Of a DNA stretch of 64,000 bases, positions 1 to 21,101 are shown piece by piece (positions within the stretch are counted from its first letter, which is position 1; each line of letters starts with the position of its first letter). A model generated the notes under the pieces. The model did no database searches. It saw only the letters and a program-made list of their open reading frames with translations, and was not told the DNA's origin. Origin of the DNA: the human T2T-CHM13v2.0 reference genome, Homo sapiens; the NCBI RefSeq assembly GCF_009914755.1, contig NC_060948.1. One strand, 5' to 3'. Both the position numbers and the translations under genes were made by a program.

Positions 1-1744
<1,744 letters not shown>

Positions 1745-2320
1745 AGATCCATATTTTTTAAATGAAAAAAAATTTCAAAGGTACTCTGCTTGGTACAATA
1801 ATCAAATGTATAAACTGAGGAATAAAACATAACCATGAAACCTACTTATAACTGCATATGGAAAATACAGAGGATAATTTTTTAAATAACATATTTTGAA
1901 AGCCTTAACTAGTAATTTGAAGAGTTGGCATTTGAAAGGCCAGTATGAATATACCTTCAAAGCAGCAACACAGGTTCCCCATGAGAAAAAGCAAACACAG
2001 GGAAAATAAAAACACAAAGGTTCTATCTCTTCTGACCTTTGAAAGACACAGCACAGACAGTGGTCCTTAGGACGAAGAGCAGGAGACCCCTAATTCCGTC
2101 ACCATGGCGATAGGGCATAAACATTGCTGGGTGAGGGCACAATCCACATTGTGAGGTCCAACTGCTGCCAGGAAGACAGGAGTGCTTTTACATAGACCGA
2201 AAGGTCATTGAAGGCTCAGAGTTTTGTTTCAAGGACTGAATCCCAAGCCCACACGTTATTAGGCTGCGCTTCTTAAAACAAGTTATGAGATGGGAAAAAG
2301 GGCACCCACAAACATACGTA
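1745..2320. repeat. HSATI subunit of U1 (recurs as the ~575 bp after the Alu in every unit)
   Basis: Higher-complexity segment between the Alu 5' end and the next AT block, near-identical in all 26 units. The name is assigned from the known DYZ2 organisation; the right boundary is approximate. Confidence 0.75.
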
Positions 2321-4164
<1,844 letters not shown>

Positions 4165-6276
4165 AGATCCATATTTTTTAAATGAAAAAAAATTTCAAAG
4201 GTACTCTGCTTGGTACAATAATCAAATGTATAAACTGAGGAATAAAACATAACCATGAAACCTACTTATAACTGCATATGGAAAATACAGAGGATAATTT
4301 TTTAAATAACATATTTTGAAAGCCTTAACTAGTAATTTGAAGAGCTGGCATTTGAAAGGCCAGTATGAATATACCTTCAAAGCAGCAACACCGGTTCCCC
4401 ATGAGAAAAAGCAAACACAGGGAAAATAAAAACACAAAGGTTCAATCTCTTCTGACCTTTGAAAGACACAGCACAGACAGTGGTCCTTAGGACGAAGAGC
4501 AGGAGACCCCTAATTCCGTCACCATGGCGATAGGGCATAAACATTGCTGGGTGAGGGCACAATCCACATTGTGAGGTCCAACTGCTGCCAGGAAGACAGG
4601 AGTGCTTTTACATAGACCGAAAGGTCATTGAAGGCTCAGAGTTTTGTTTCAAGAACTCAATCCCAAGCCCACACGTTATTAGGCTGCGCTTCTTAAAACA
4701 AGTTATGAGATGGGAAAAAGGGCACCCACAAACATACGTATACATTATGTATATAATAATATACAGTATCATATATATAATATATATAATCTATGTATAA
4801 TATTGTTTTACATCCTGCATCTTATGTTATATATATTGTATAAAATATAATAATTGATAATATATAAGTTTTATAATTATATAATATGACATATAGTATA
4901 TATTATAATTTATGACATATATAATATATGTTATATATCATATATAGAATATATTATACGGTTAATATACGTATTAAATATAAATTATACATTATATATA
5001 TTATATATAATATATCTGTTATATATAATACCCATTATGCATAATATATATATTATGTCTATGTTATATATAGTATAAAACAACATATAATAATATATAA
5101 TTGTATATATAAAATGCGACATATAATATATATTATATTTTATAACATATGTAATATATATTATATATTATATATAATACGTTGTATGTATAATACCTAT
5201 ATTAAATATATATTATATGACTATGTTATTAATGACATGTCACATGTGTTATATATTATATATTTTACATAGAATATACCGGTTACATACAATATATACT
5301 ATGTTACCTATAATGTATAATTTATTACATGTAAAATAAAGAATGCAATATATTATGTATAATTTATAATATACAATATATGGAATGTGATATATATAAC
5401 ATATAATATATGATATATGATATACAGTATATGATATATAACATACAATATATGATTCCTAATATATATGGTATACAATATATATTTTATGATATGTATT
5501 CTATATGTTTTATATTCTGTTATATATAACTATTTGAAATTATATATAACTGTATAATATTTTATGTAAATATGTAATATAATATATATAACTATATAAT
5601 ATATTATATATAACTATATATTATGTTATATATACTTTTATAACATAATTTACATAAAATATCATAACATAATATATATTATATTATTTCATATTACATA
5701 ATATATATTACATATCACCCAATATAAGTAACATACATAATATTATAATATAGATTATATTATGTTATATTAAATATCATATATGTCATGTATCATATAT
5801 TCTATAATATATATTACACATTATATAATATGTATGTTGTCTATTATGTGATATATATAACTCTATATATAATTATATTATTATACATATAACTAGATAA
5901 ACATGTAATTCTACATATTTTCATTTATAATATGTAGAATTATATAATCATATATAATTATTTATATTCTATAAAAAATTTTATCATTATATAAATTATA
6001 ATATATAAAAATTATAATATGTACTACAAATATATATATTATATATCATATATGATATAGTACCTTTGTTATATATCATAATACATATAAATGTGTATTA
6101 TGTTATCTATAATTATATAATTTCATATATAAGATGTATAATATGTATCATATATTATATATGTTATGTAATATATATAGTATATATAAGATGACACAGG
6201 ATAAATATTATATACTATGACATATAAAATATATGAGGTTATATGTTATATATAAGGCATAGCACATAACATGTAA

Positions 6277-6585
<309 letters not shown>

Positions 6586-8713
6586 AGATCCATATTTTTT
6601 AAATGAAAAAAAATTTCAAAGGTACTCTGCTTGGTACAATAATCAAATGTATAAACTGAGGAATAAAACATAACCATGAAACCTACTTATAACTGCATAT
6701 GGAAAATACAGAGGATAATTTTTTAAATAACATATTTTGAAAGCCTTAACTAGTAATTTGAAGAGTTGGCATTTGAAAGGCCAGTATGAATATACCTTCA
6801 AAGCAGCAACACAGGTTCCCCATGAGAAAAAGCAAACACAGGGAAAATAAAAACACAAAGGTTCTATCTCTTCTGACCTTTGAAAGACACAGCACAGACA
6901 GTGGTCCTTAGGACGAAGAGCAGGAGACCCCTAATTCCGTCACCATGGCGATAGGGCATAAACATTGCTGGGTGAGGGCACAATCCACATTGTGAGGTCC
7001 AACTGCTGCCAGGAAGACAGGAGTGCTTTTACATATACCGAAAGGTCATTGAAGGCTCAGAGTTTTGTTTCAAGGACTGAATCCCAAGCCCACACGTTAT
7101 TAGGCTGCGCTTCTTAAAACAAGTTATGAGATGGGAAAAAGGGCACCCACAAACATACGTATACATTATGTATATAATAATATACAGTATCATATATATA
7201 ATATATATAACCTATGTATAATATTGTTTTACATCCTGCATCTTATGTTATATATATTGTATAAAATATAATAATTGATAATATATAAGTTTTATACTTA
7301 TACAATATGACATATAGTATATATTATAATTTATGACATATATAATATATGTTATATATCATATATAGAATATATTATACGGTTAATATACGTATTAAAT
7401 ATAAATTATACATTATATATATTATATATAATATATCTGTTATATATAATACCCATTATGCATAATATATATATTATGTCTATGTTATATATAGTATAAA
7501 ACAACATATAATAATATATAATTGTATATATAAAATGCGACATATAATATATATTATATTTTATAACATATGTAATATATATTATATATTATATATAATA
7601 CGTTGTATGTATAATACCTATATTAAATATATATTATATGACTATGTTATTAATTACATGTCACATGTGTTATATATTATATATTTTACATAGAATATAC
7701 CGCTTACATACAATATATACTATGTTACCTATAATGTATAATTTATTACATGTAAAATAAAGAATGCAATATATTATGTATAATTTATAATATACAATAT
7801 GTGGAATGTGATATATATAACATATAATATATGATATATGATATACAGTATATGATATATAACATACAATATATGATTCCTAATATATATGGTATACAAT
7901 ATATATTTTATGATATGTATTCTATATGTTTTATATTCTGTTATATATAACTATTTGAAATTATATATAACTGTATAATATTTTATGTAAATATGTAATA
8001 TAATATATATAACTATATAATATATTATATATAACTATATATTATGTTATATATACTTTTATAACATAATTTACATAAAATATCATAACATAATATATAT
8101 TATATTATTTCATATTACATAATATATATTACATATCACCCAATATAAGTAACATACATAATATTATAATATAGATTATATTATGTTATATTAAATATCA
8201 TATATGTCATGTATCATATATTCTATAATATATATTACACATTATATAATATGTATGTTGTCTATTATGTGATATATATAACTCTATATATAATTATATT
8301 ATTATACATATAACTAGATAAACATGTAATTCTACATATTTTCATTTATAATATGTAGAATTATATAATCATATATAATTATTTATATTCTATAAAAAAT
8401 TTTATCATTATATAAATTATAATATATAAAAATTATAATATGTACTACAAATATATATATTATATATCATATATGATATAGTACCTTTGTTATATATCAT
8501 AATACATATAAATGTGTATTATGTTATCTATAATTATATAATTTCATATATAAGATGTATAATATGTATCATATATTATATATGTTATGTAATATATATA
8601 GTATATATAAGATGACACAGGATAAATATTATATACTATGACATATAAAATATATGAGGTTATATGTTATATATAAGGCATAGCACATAACATGTAATAT
8701 ATATCATATATAA

Positions 8714-9006
8714 TTTTTTTTTTAGACAGAATCTTGTCCTTTTGCACAGGGTGGGGTACAATGGCGCCATCTTTGCTCACTGCAACTTCTGCCTCACAGG
8801 TCCAAGCGATTGTCCTCCCTCAGCCTCCCAGGTAGCTGGGACTACACCACACTGGGACTACACCAGCTGCCACCATGCCTAGCTAATTTTTTGGATTTTT
8901 AGTAGTGACAGCGTTTCACTGTATTGGCCAGGATGGTCTTGATCTCTTCACCTTGTGATCCCCTTGCCTTGGCCTCCAAATTTGCTGGGATTACAGGCCT
9001 GAGCCA
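8714..9006 (-). mobile_element. Alu copy, U4
   Basis: Same antisense Alu as U1. Confidence 0.93.
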
Positions 9007-11106
9007 AGATCCATATTTTTTAAATGAAAAAAAATTTCAAAGGTACTCTGCTTGGTACAATAATCAAATGTATAAACTGAGGAATAAAACATAACCATGA
9101 AACCTACTTATAACTGCATATGGAAAATACAGAGGATAATTTTTTAAATAACATATTTTGAAAGCCTTAACTAGTAATTTGAAGAGTTGGCATTTGAAAG
9201 GCCAGTATGAATATACCTTCAAAGCAGCAACACAGGTTCCCCATGAGAAAAAGCAAACACAGGGAAAATAAAAACACAAAGGTTCTATCTCTTCTGACCT
9301 TTGAAAGACACAGCACAGACAGTGGTCCTTAGGACGAAGAGCAGGAGACCCCTAATTCCGTCACCATGGCGATAGGGCATAAACATTGCTGGGTGAGGGC
9401 ACAATCCACATTGTGAGGTCCAACTGCTGCCAGGAAGACAGGAGTGCTTTTACATAGACCGAAAGGTCATTGAAGGCTCAGAGTTTTGTTTCAAGGACTG
9501 AATCCCAAGCCCACACGTTATTAGGCTGCGCTTCTTAAAACAAGTTATGAGATGGGAAAAAGGGCACCCACAAACATACGTATACATTATGTATATAATA
9601 ATATACAGTATCATATATATAATATATATAACCTATGTATAATATTGTTTTACATCCTGCATCTTATGTTATATATGTTGTATAAAATATAATAATTGAT
9701 AATATATAAGTTTTATACTTATACAATATGACATATAGTATATATTATAATTTATGACATATATAATATATGTTATATATCATATATAGAATATATTATA
9801 CGGTTAATATACGTATTAAATATAAATTATACATTATATATATTATATATAATATATCTGTTATATATAATACCCATTATGCATAATATATATATTATGT
9901 CTATGTTATATATAGTATAAAACAACATATAATAATATATAATTGTATATATAAAATGCGACATATAATATATATTATATTTTATAACATATGTAATATA
10001 TATTATATATTATATATAATACGTTGTATGTATAATACCTATATTAAATATATATTATATGACTATGTTATTAATTACATGTCACATGTGTTATATATTA
10101 TATATTTTACATAGAATATACTGCTTACATACAATATATACTATGTTACCTATAATGTATAATTTATTACATGTAAAATAAAGAATGCAATATATTATGT
10201 ATAATTTATAATATACAATATGTGGAATGTGATATATATAACATATAATATATGATATATGATATACAGTATATGATATATAACATACAATATATGATTC
10301 CTAATATATATGGTATACAATATATATTTTATGATATGTATTCTATATGTTTTATATTCTGTTATATATAACTATTTGAAATTATATATAACTGTATAAT
10401 ATTTTATGTAAATATGTAATATAATATATATAACTATATAATATATTATATATAACTATATATTATGTTATATATACTTTTATAACATAATTTACATAAA
10501 ATATCATAATATAATATATATTATATTATTTCATATTACATAATATATATTACATATCACCCAATATAACTAACATACATAATATTATAATATAGATTAT
10601 ATTGTGTTATATTAAATATCATATATATCATGTATCATATATTCTATAATATGTATTACACATTATATATGTATGTTGTCTATTATGTGATATATATAAC
10701 TATATATATAATTATATTTTTATACATATAACTAGATAAACATGTAATTCTACATATTTTCATTTATAATATGTAGAATTATATAATCATATATAATTAT
10801 TTATATTCTATAAAAAATTTTATCATTATATAAATTATAATATATAAAAATTATAATATGTACTACAAATATATATTATATATCATATATGATATAGTAC
10901 CTTTGTTATATTTCATAATACATATAAATGTGTATTATGTTATCTATAATTATATAATTTCATATATAAGATGTATAATATGTATCATATATTATATATG
11001 TTATGTACTATATATAGTATATATAAGATGACACAGGATAAATATTATATACTATGACTTATAAAATATATGAGGTTATATGTTACATATAAGTCATAGC
11101 ACATAA

Positions 11107-11421
<315 letters not shown>

Positions 11422-13551
11422 AGATCCATATTTTTTAAATGAAAAAAAATTTCAAAGGTACTCTGCTTGGTACAATAATCAAATGTATAAACTGAGGAAT
11501 AAAACATAACCATGAAACCTACTTATAACTGCATATGGAAAATACAGAGGATAATTTTTTAAATAACATATTTTGAAAGCCTTAACTAGTAATTTGAAGA
11601 GCTGGCATTTGAAAGGCCAGTATGAATATACCTTCAAAGCAGCAACACATGTTCCCCATGAGAAAAAGCAAACACAGGGAAAATAAAAACACAAAGGTTC
11701 AATCTCTTCTGACCTTTGAAAGACACAGCACAGACAGTGGTCCTTAGGACGAAGAGCAGGAGACCCCTAATTCCGTCACCATGGCGATAGGGCATAAACA
11801 TTCCTGGGTGAGGGCACAATCCACATTGTGAGGTCCAACTGCTGCCAGGAAGACAGGAGTGCTTTTACATAGAGCGAAAGGTCATTGAAGGCTCAGAGTT
11901 TTGTTTCAAGAACTGAATCCCAAGCCCACACGATATTAGGCTGCGCTTCTTAAAACAAGTTATGAGATGGGAAAAAGGGCACCCACAAACATACGTATAC
12001 ATTATGTATATAATAATATACAGTATCATATATATAATATATATAACCTATGTATAATATTGTTTTACATCCTGCATCTTATGTTATATATATTGTATAA
12101 AATATAATAATTGATAATATATAAGTTTTATAATTATACAATATGACATATAGTATATATTATAATTTATGACATATATAATATATGTTATATGTCATAT
12201 ATAGAATATCTTATACGGTTAATATATGTATTAAATATAAATTATACATTATATATATTATATATAATATATCTGTTATATATAATAACCATTATGCATA
12301 ATATATATATTATGTCTATGTTATATATAGTATAAAACAACATATAATAATATATAATTGTATATATAAAATGCGACATATAATATATATTACATTTTAT
12401 AACATATGTAATATATATTATATATTATATATAATACGTTGTATGTATAATACCTATATTAAATATATATTATATGACTATATTATTAATTACATGTCAC
12501 ATGTGTTATATATTATATATTTTACATAGAATATACCGGTTACATACAATATATTCTATGTTACCTATAATGTATAATTTATTACATGTAAAATAAAGAA
12601 TGCAATATATTATGTATAATTTATAATATACCATATGTGGAATGTGATATATATAACATATAATATATGATATATGATATACAGTATATGATATATAACA
12701 TACAATATATGATTCCTAATATATATGGTATACAATATATATTTTATGATATGTATTCTATATGTTTTATATTCTGTTATATATAACTATTTGAAATTAT
12801 ATATAACTGTATAATATTTTATATAAATATGTAATATAATATATATAACTATATAATATATTATATATAACTATATATTATGTTATATATACTTTTATAA
12901 CATAATTTACATAAAATATCATAATATAATATATATTATATTATTTCATATTATATAATATATATTACATATCACCCAATATAACTAACATACATAATAT
13001 TATAATATAGATTATATTATGTTATATTAAATATCATATATATCATGTATCATATATTCTATAATATATATTACACATTATATAATATGTATGTTGTCTA
13101 TTATGTGATATATATATAACTATATATATAATTATATTTTTATACATATAACTAGATAAACATGTAATTCTACATATTTTCATTTATAATATGTAGAATT
13201 ATATAATCATATATAATTATTTATATTCTATAAAAAATTTTATCATTATATAAATTATAATATATAAAAATTATAATATGTACTACAAATATATATATTA
13301 TATATCATATATGATATAGTACCTTTGTTATATATCATAATACATATAAATGTGTATTATGTTATCTATAATTATATAATTTCATATATAAGATGTATAA
13401 TATGTATCATATATTATATATGTTATGTAATATATATAGTATATATAAGATGACACAGGATAAATATTATATACTATGACATATAAAATATATCAGGTTA
13501 TATGTTACATATAAGGCATAGCACATAACATGTAATATATATCATATATAA

Positions 13552-13843
13552 TTTTTCTTTAGACAGAATCTTGTCCTGTTGCACAGGGTGGGGTACAATG
13601 GCGCCATCTTTGCTCACTGCAACTTCTGCCTCACGGGTCCAAGCGATTGTCCTCCCTCAGCCTCCCAGGTAGCTGGGACTACACCACACTGGGACTACAC
13701 CAGCTGCCACCATACCTAGCTAATTTTTTGGATTTTTAGTAGTGACAGCGTTTCACTGTATTGGCCAGGATGGTCTTGATCTCTTCACCTTGTGATCCCC
13801 TTGCCTTGGCCTCCAAATTTGCTGGGATTACAGGCCTGAGCCA
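13552..13843 (-). mobile_element. Alu copy, U6
   Basis: Same antisense Alu; poly-T interrupted by one C. Confidence 0.93.
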
Positions 13844-15948
13844 AGATCCATATTTTTTAAATGAAAAAAAATTTCAAAGGTACTCTGCTTGGTACAATAA
13901 TCAAATGTATAAACTGAGGAATAAAACGTAACCATGAAACCTACTTATAACTGCATATGGAAAATACAGAGGATAATTTTTTAAATAACATATTTTGAAA
14001 GCCTTAACTAGTAATTTGAAGAGTTGGCATTTGAAAGGCCAGTATGAATATGCCTTCAAAGCAGCAACACAGGTTCCCCATGAGAAAAAGCAAACACAGG
14101 GAAAATAAAAACACAAAGGTTCAATCTCTTCTGACCTTTGAAAGACACAGCACAGACAGTGGTCCTTAGGACGAAGAGCAGGAGACCCCTAATTCCGTCA
14201 CCATGGCGATAGGGCATAAACATTGCTGGGTGAGGGCACAATCCACATTGTGAGGTCCAACTGCTGCCAGGAAGACAGGAGTGCTTTTACATAGAACGAA
14301 AGGTCATTGAAGGCTCAGAGTTTTGTTTCAAGAACTGAATCCCAAGCCCACACGATATTAGGCTGCGCTTCTTAAAACAAGTTATGAGATGGGAAAAAGG
14401 GCACCCACAAACATACGTATACATTATGTATATAATAATATACAGTATCATATATATAATATATATAACCTATGTATAATATTGTTTTACATCCTGCATC
14501 TTATGTTATATATATTGTATAAAATATAATAATTGATAATATATAAGTTTTATATTTATACAATATGACATATAGTATATATTATAATTTATGACATATA
14601 TAATATATGTTATATATCATATATAGAATATATTATACGTTTAATATACGTATTAAATATAAATTATACATTATATATATTATATATAATATATCTGTTA
14701 TATATAATACCCATTATGCATAATATATATATTAAGTCTATGTTATATATAGTATAAAACAACATGTAATAATATATAATTGTATATATAAAATGCGACA
14801 TATAATATATATTATATTGTATAACATATGTAATATATATTATATATTATATATAATACGTTGTATGTATAATACCTATATTAAATATATATTATATGAC
14901 TATGTTATTAATTACATGTCACATGTGTTATATATTATATATTTTACATAGAATATACCGGTTACATACAATATATACTATGTTACCTATAATGTATAAT
15001 TTATTACATGTAAAATAAAGAATGCAATATATTATGTATAATTTATAATATACAATATGTGGAATGTGATATATATAACATATAATATATGATATATGAT
15101 ATACAGTATATGATATATAACATACAATATATGATTCCTAATATATATGGTATACAATATATATTTTATGATATGTATTCTATATGTTTTATATTCTGTT
15201 ATATATAACTATTTGAAATTATATATAACTGTATAATATTTTATGTAAATATGTAATATAATATATATAACTATATAATATATTATATATAACTATATAT
15301 TATGTTATATATACTTTTATAACATAATTTACATAAAATATCATAATATAATATATATTATATTATTTCATATTACATAATATATATTACATATCACCCA
15401 ATATAACTAACATACATAATATTATAATATAGATTATATTGTGTTATATTAAATATCGTATATATCATGTATCATATATTCTATAATATGTATTACACAT
15501 TATATAATATGTATGTTGTCTGTTATGTGATATATATAACTATATATATAATTATATTTTTATACATATAACTAGATAAACATGTAATTCTACATATTTT
15601 CATTTATAATATGTAGAATTATATAATCATATATAATTATTTATATTCTATAAAAAATTTTATCATTATATAAATTATAATATATAAAAATTATAATATG
15701 TACTACAAATATATATATTATATATCATATATGATATAGTACCTTTGTTATATTTCATAATACATATAAATGTGTATTATGTTATCTATAATTATATAAT
15801 TTCATATATAAGATGTATTATATGTATCATATATTATATATGTTATGTACTATATACAGTATATATAAGATGACACAGGATAAATATTATATACTATGAC
15901 TTATAAAATATATGAGGTTATATGTTACATATAAGTCATAGCACATAA

Positions 15949-16263
<315 letters not shown>

Positions 16264-18368
16264 AGATCCATATTTTTTAAATGAAAAAAAATTTCAAAGG
16301 TACTCTGCTTGGTACAATAATCAAATGTATAAACTGAGGAATAAAACGTAACCATGAAACCTACTTATAACTGCATATGGAAAATACAGAGGATAATTTT
16401 TTAAATAACATATTTTGAAAGCCTTAACTAGTAATTTGAAGAGTTGGCATTTGAAAGGCCAGTATGAATATGCCTTCAAAGCAGCAACACAGGTTCCCCA
16501 TGAGAAAAAGCAAACACAGGGAAAATAAAAACACAAAGGTTCAATCTCTTCTGACCTTTGAAAGACACAGCACAGACAGTGGTCCTTAGGACGAAGAGCA
16601 GGAGACCCCTAATTCCGTCACCATGGCGATAGGGCATAAACATTGCTGGGTGAGGGCACAATCCACATTGTGAGGTCCAACTGCTGCCAGGAAGACAGGA
16701 GTGCTTTTACATAGAACGAAAGGTCATTGAAGGCTCAGAGTTTTGTTTCAAGAACTGAATCCCAAGCCCACACGATATTAGGCTGCGCTTCTTAAAACAA
16801 GTTATGAGATGGGAAAAAGGGCACCCACAAACATACGTATACATTATGTATATAATAATATACAGTATCATATATATAATATATATAACCTATGTATAAT
16901 ATTGTTTTACATCCTGCATCTTATGTTATATATATTGTATAAAATATAATAATTGATAATATATAAGTTTTATATTTATACAATATGACATATAGTATAT
17001 ATTATAATTTATGACATATATAATATATGTTATATATCATATATAGAATATATTATACGTTTAATATACGTATTAAATATAAATTATACATTATATATAT
17101 TATATATAATATATCTGTTATATATAATACCCATTATGCATAATATATATATTAAGTCTATGTTATATATAGTATAAAACAACATGTAATAATATATAAT
17201 TGTATATATAAAATGCGACATATAATATATATTATATTGTATAACATATGTAATATATATTATATATTATATATAATACGTTGTATGTATAATACCTATA
17301 TTAAATATATATTATATGACTATGTTATTAATTACATGTCACATGTGTTATATATTATATATTTTACATAGAATATACCGGTTACATACAATATATACTA
17401 TGTTACCTATAATGTATAATTTATTACATGTAAAATAAAGAATGCAATATATTATGTATAATTTATAATATACAATATGTGGAATGTGATATATATAACA
17501 TATAATATATGATATATGATATACAGTATATGATATATAACATACAATATATGATTCCTAATATATATGGTATACAATATATATTTTATGATATGTATTC
17601 TATATGTTTTATATTCTGTTATATATAACTATTTGAAATTATATATAACTGTATAATATTTTATGTAAATATGTAATATAATATATATAACTATATAATA
17701 TATTATATATAACTATATATTATGTTATATATACTTTTATAACATAATTTACATAAAATATCATAATATAATATATATTATATTATTTCATATTACATAA
17801 TATATATTACATATCACCCAATATAACTAACATACATAATATTATAATATAGATTATATTGTGTTATATTAAATATCGTATATATCATGTATCATATATT
17901 CTATAATATGTATTACACATTATATAATATGTATGTTGTCTGTTATGTGATATATATAACTATATATATAATTATATTTTTATACATATAACTAGATAAA
18001 CATGTAATTCTACATATTTTCATTTATAATATGTAGAATTATATAATCATATATAATTATTTATATTCTATAAAAAATTTTATCATTATATAAATTATAA
18101 TATATAAAAATTATAATATGTACTACAAATATATATATTATATATCATATATGATATAGTACCTTTGTTATATTTCATAATACATATAAATGTGTATTAT
18201 GTTATCTATAATTATATAATTTCATATATAAGATGTATTATATGTATCATATATTATATATGTTATGTACTATATATAGTATATATAAGATGACACAGGA
18301 TAAATATTATATACTATGACTTATAAAATATATGAGGTTATATGTTACATATAAGTCATAGCACATAA

Positions 18369-18683
<315 letters not shown>

Positions 18684-20809
18684 AGATCCATATTTTTTAA
18701 ATGAAAAAAAAATTTCAAAGGTACTCTGCTTGGTACAATAATCAAATGTATAAACTGAGGAATAAAACATAACCATGAAACCTACTTATAACTGCATATG
18801 GAAAATACAGAGGATAATTTTTTAAATAACATATTTTGAAAGCCTTAACTAGTAATTTGAAGAGCTGGCATTTGAAAGGCCAGTATGAATATACCTTCAA
18901 AGCAGCAACACAGGTTCCCCATGAGAAAAAGCAAACACAGGGAAAATAAAAACACAAAGGTTCAATCTCTTCTGACCTTTGAAAGACACAGCACAGACAG
19001 TGGTCCTTAGGACGAAGAGCAGGAGACCCCTAATTCCGTCACCATGGCGATAGGGCATAAACATTCCTGGGTGAGGGCACAATCCACATTGTGAGGTCCA
19101 ACTGCTGCCAGGAAGACAGGAGTGCTTTTACATAGACCGAAAGGTCATTGAAGGCTCAGAGTTTTGTTTCAAGAACTGAATCCCAAGCCCACACGATATT
19201 AGGCTGCGCTTCTTAAAACAAGTTATGAGATGGGAAAAAGGGCACCCACAAACATACGTATACATTATGTATATAATAATATACAGTATCATATATATAA
19301 TATATATAACCTATGTATAATATTGTTTTACATCCTGCATCTTATGTTATATATATTGTATAAAATATAATAATTGATAATATATAAGTTTTATAATTAT
19401 ACAATATGACATTTAGTATATATTATAATTTATGACATATATAATATATGTTATATGTCATATATAGAATATATTATACGGTTAATATACGTATTAAATA
19501 TAAATTATACATTATATATATTATATATAATATATCTGTTATATATAATACCCATTATGCATAATATATATATTATGTCTATGTTATATATAGTATAAAA
19601 CAACATATAATAATATATAATTGTATATATAAAATGCGACATATAATATATATTATATTTTATAACATATGTAATATATATTATATATTATATATAATAC
19701 GTTGTATGTATAATACCTATATTAAATATATATTATATGACTATGTTATTAATTACATGTCACATGTGTTATATATTATATATTTTACATAGAATATACC
19801 GGTTACATACAATATATACTATGTTACCTATAATGTATAATTTATTACATGTAAAATAAAGAATGCAATATATTATGTAAAATTTATAATATACCATATG
19901 TGGAATGTGATATATATAACATATAATATATGATATATGATGTACAGTATATGATATATAACATACAATATATGATTCCTAATATATATGGTATACAATA
20001 TATATTTTATGATATGTATTCTATATGTTTTATATTCTGTTATATATAACTATTTGAAATTATATATAACTGTATAATATTTTATGTAAATATGTAATAT
20101 AATATATATAACTATATAATATATTATATATAACTATATATTATGTTATATATACTTTTATAACATAATTTACATAAAATATCATAATATAATATATATT
20201 ATCTTATTTCATATTACATAAAATATATTACATATCACCCAATATAACTAACATACATAATATTATAATATAGATTATATTATGTTATAATAAATATCAT
20301 ATATATCATATATCATATATTCTATAATATATATTACACATTATATAATACGTATGTTGTCTATTATGTGATATATATAACTATATATATAATTATATTT
20401 TTATACATATAACTAGATAAACATGTAATTCTACATATTTTCATTTATAATATGTAGAATTTTATAATCATATATAATTATTTATATTCTATAAAAAATT
20501 TTATCATTATATAAATTATAATATATAAAAATTATATGTACTACAAATATATATATTATATATCATATATGCTATAGTACCTTTGTTATATATCATAATA
20601 CATATAAATGTGTATTATGTTATCTATAATTATATAATTTCATATATAAGTTGTATAATATGTATCATATATTATATATGTTATGTAATATATATAGTAT
20701 ATATAAGATGACTCAGGATAAATATTATATACTATGACATATAAAATATATGAGGTTATATGTTACATATAAGGCATAGCACATAACATGTAATATATAT
20801 CATATATAA

Positions 20810-21101
20810 TTTTTTTTTAGACAGAATCTTGTCCTGTTGCACAGGGTGGGGTACAATGGGGCCATCTTTGCTCACTGCAACATCTGCCTCACGGATCCAA
20901 GCGATTGTCCTCCCTCAGCCTCCCAGGTAGCTGGGACTACACCACACTGGGACAACACCAGCTGCCACCATGCCTAGCTAATTATTTGGATTTTTAGTAG
21001 TGACAGCGTTTCACTGTATTGGCCAGGATGGTCTTGATCTCTTCACCTTGTGATCCCCTTGCCTTGGCCTCCAAATTTGCTGGGATTACAGGCCTGAGCC
21101 A
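20810..21101 (-). mobile_element. Alu copy, U9
   Basis: Same antisense Alu with several private substitutions. Confidence 0.93.

Noticed and set aside
1802-2017. 71-aa minus-strand ORF (MCFYFPCVC...) repeated in every unit
   Set aside because: Begins at a non-ATG codon, resembles no protein family I recognise, and lies in satellite DNA. Its conservation simply mirrors unit identity; it accumulates missense changes and is frameshifted in U26.
4377-4562. 61-aa minus-strand ORF (MCPHPAMF...)
   Set aside because: Non-ATG start, overlaps the other ORF in a different frame, and is interrupted by a stop in U1, U3, U4 and U26. Useful only as a variant marker.
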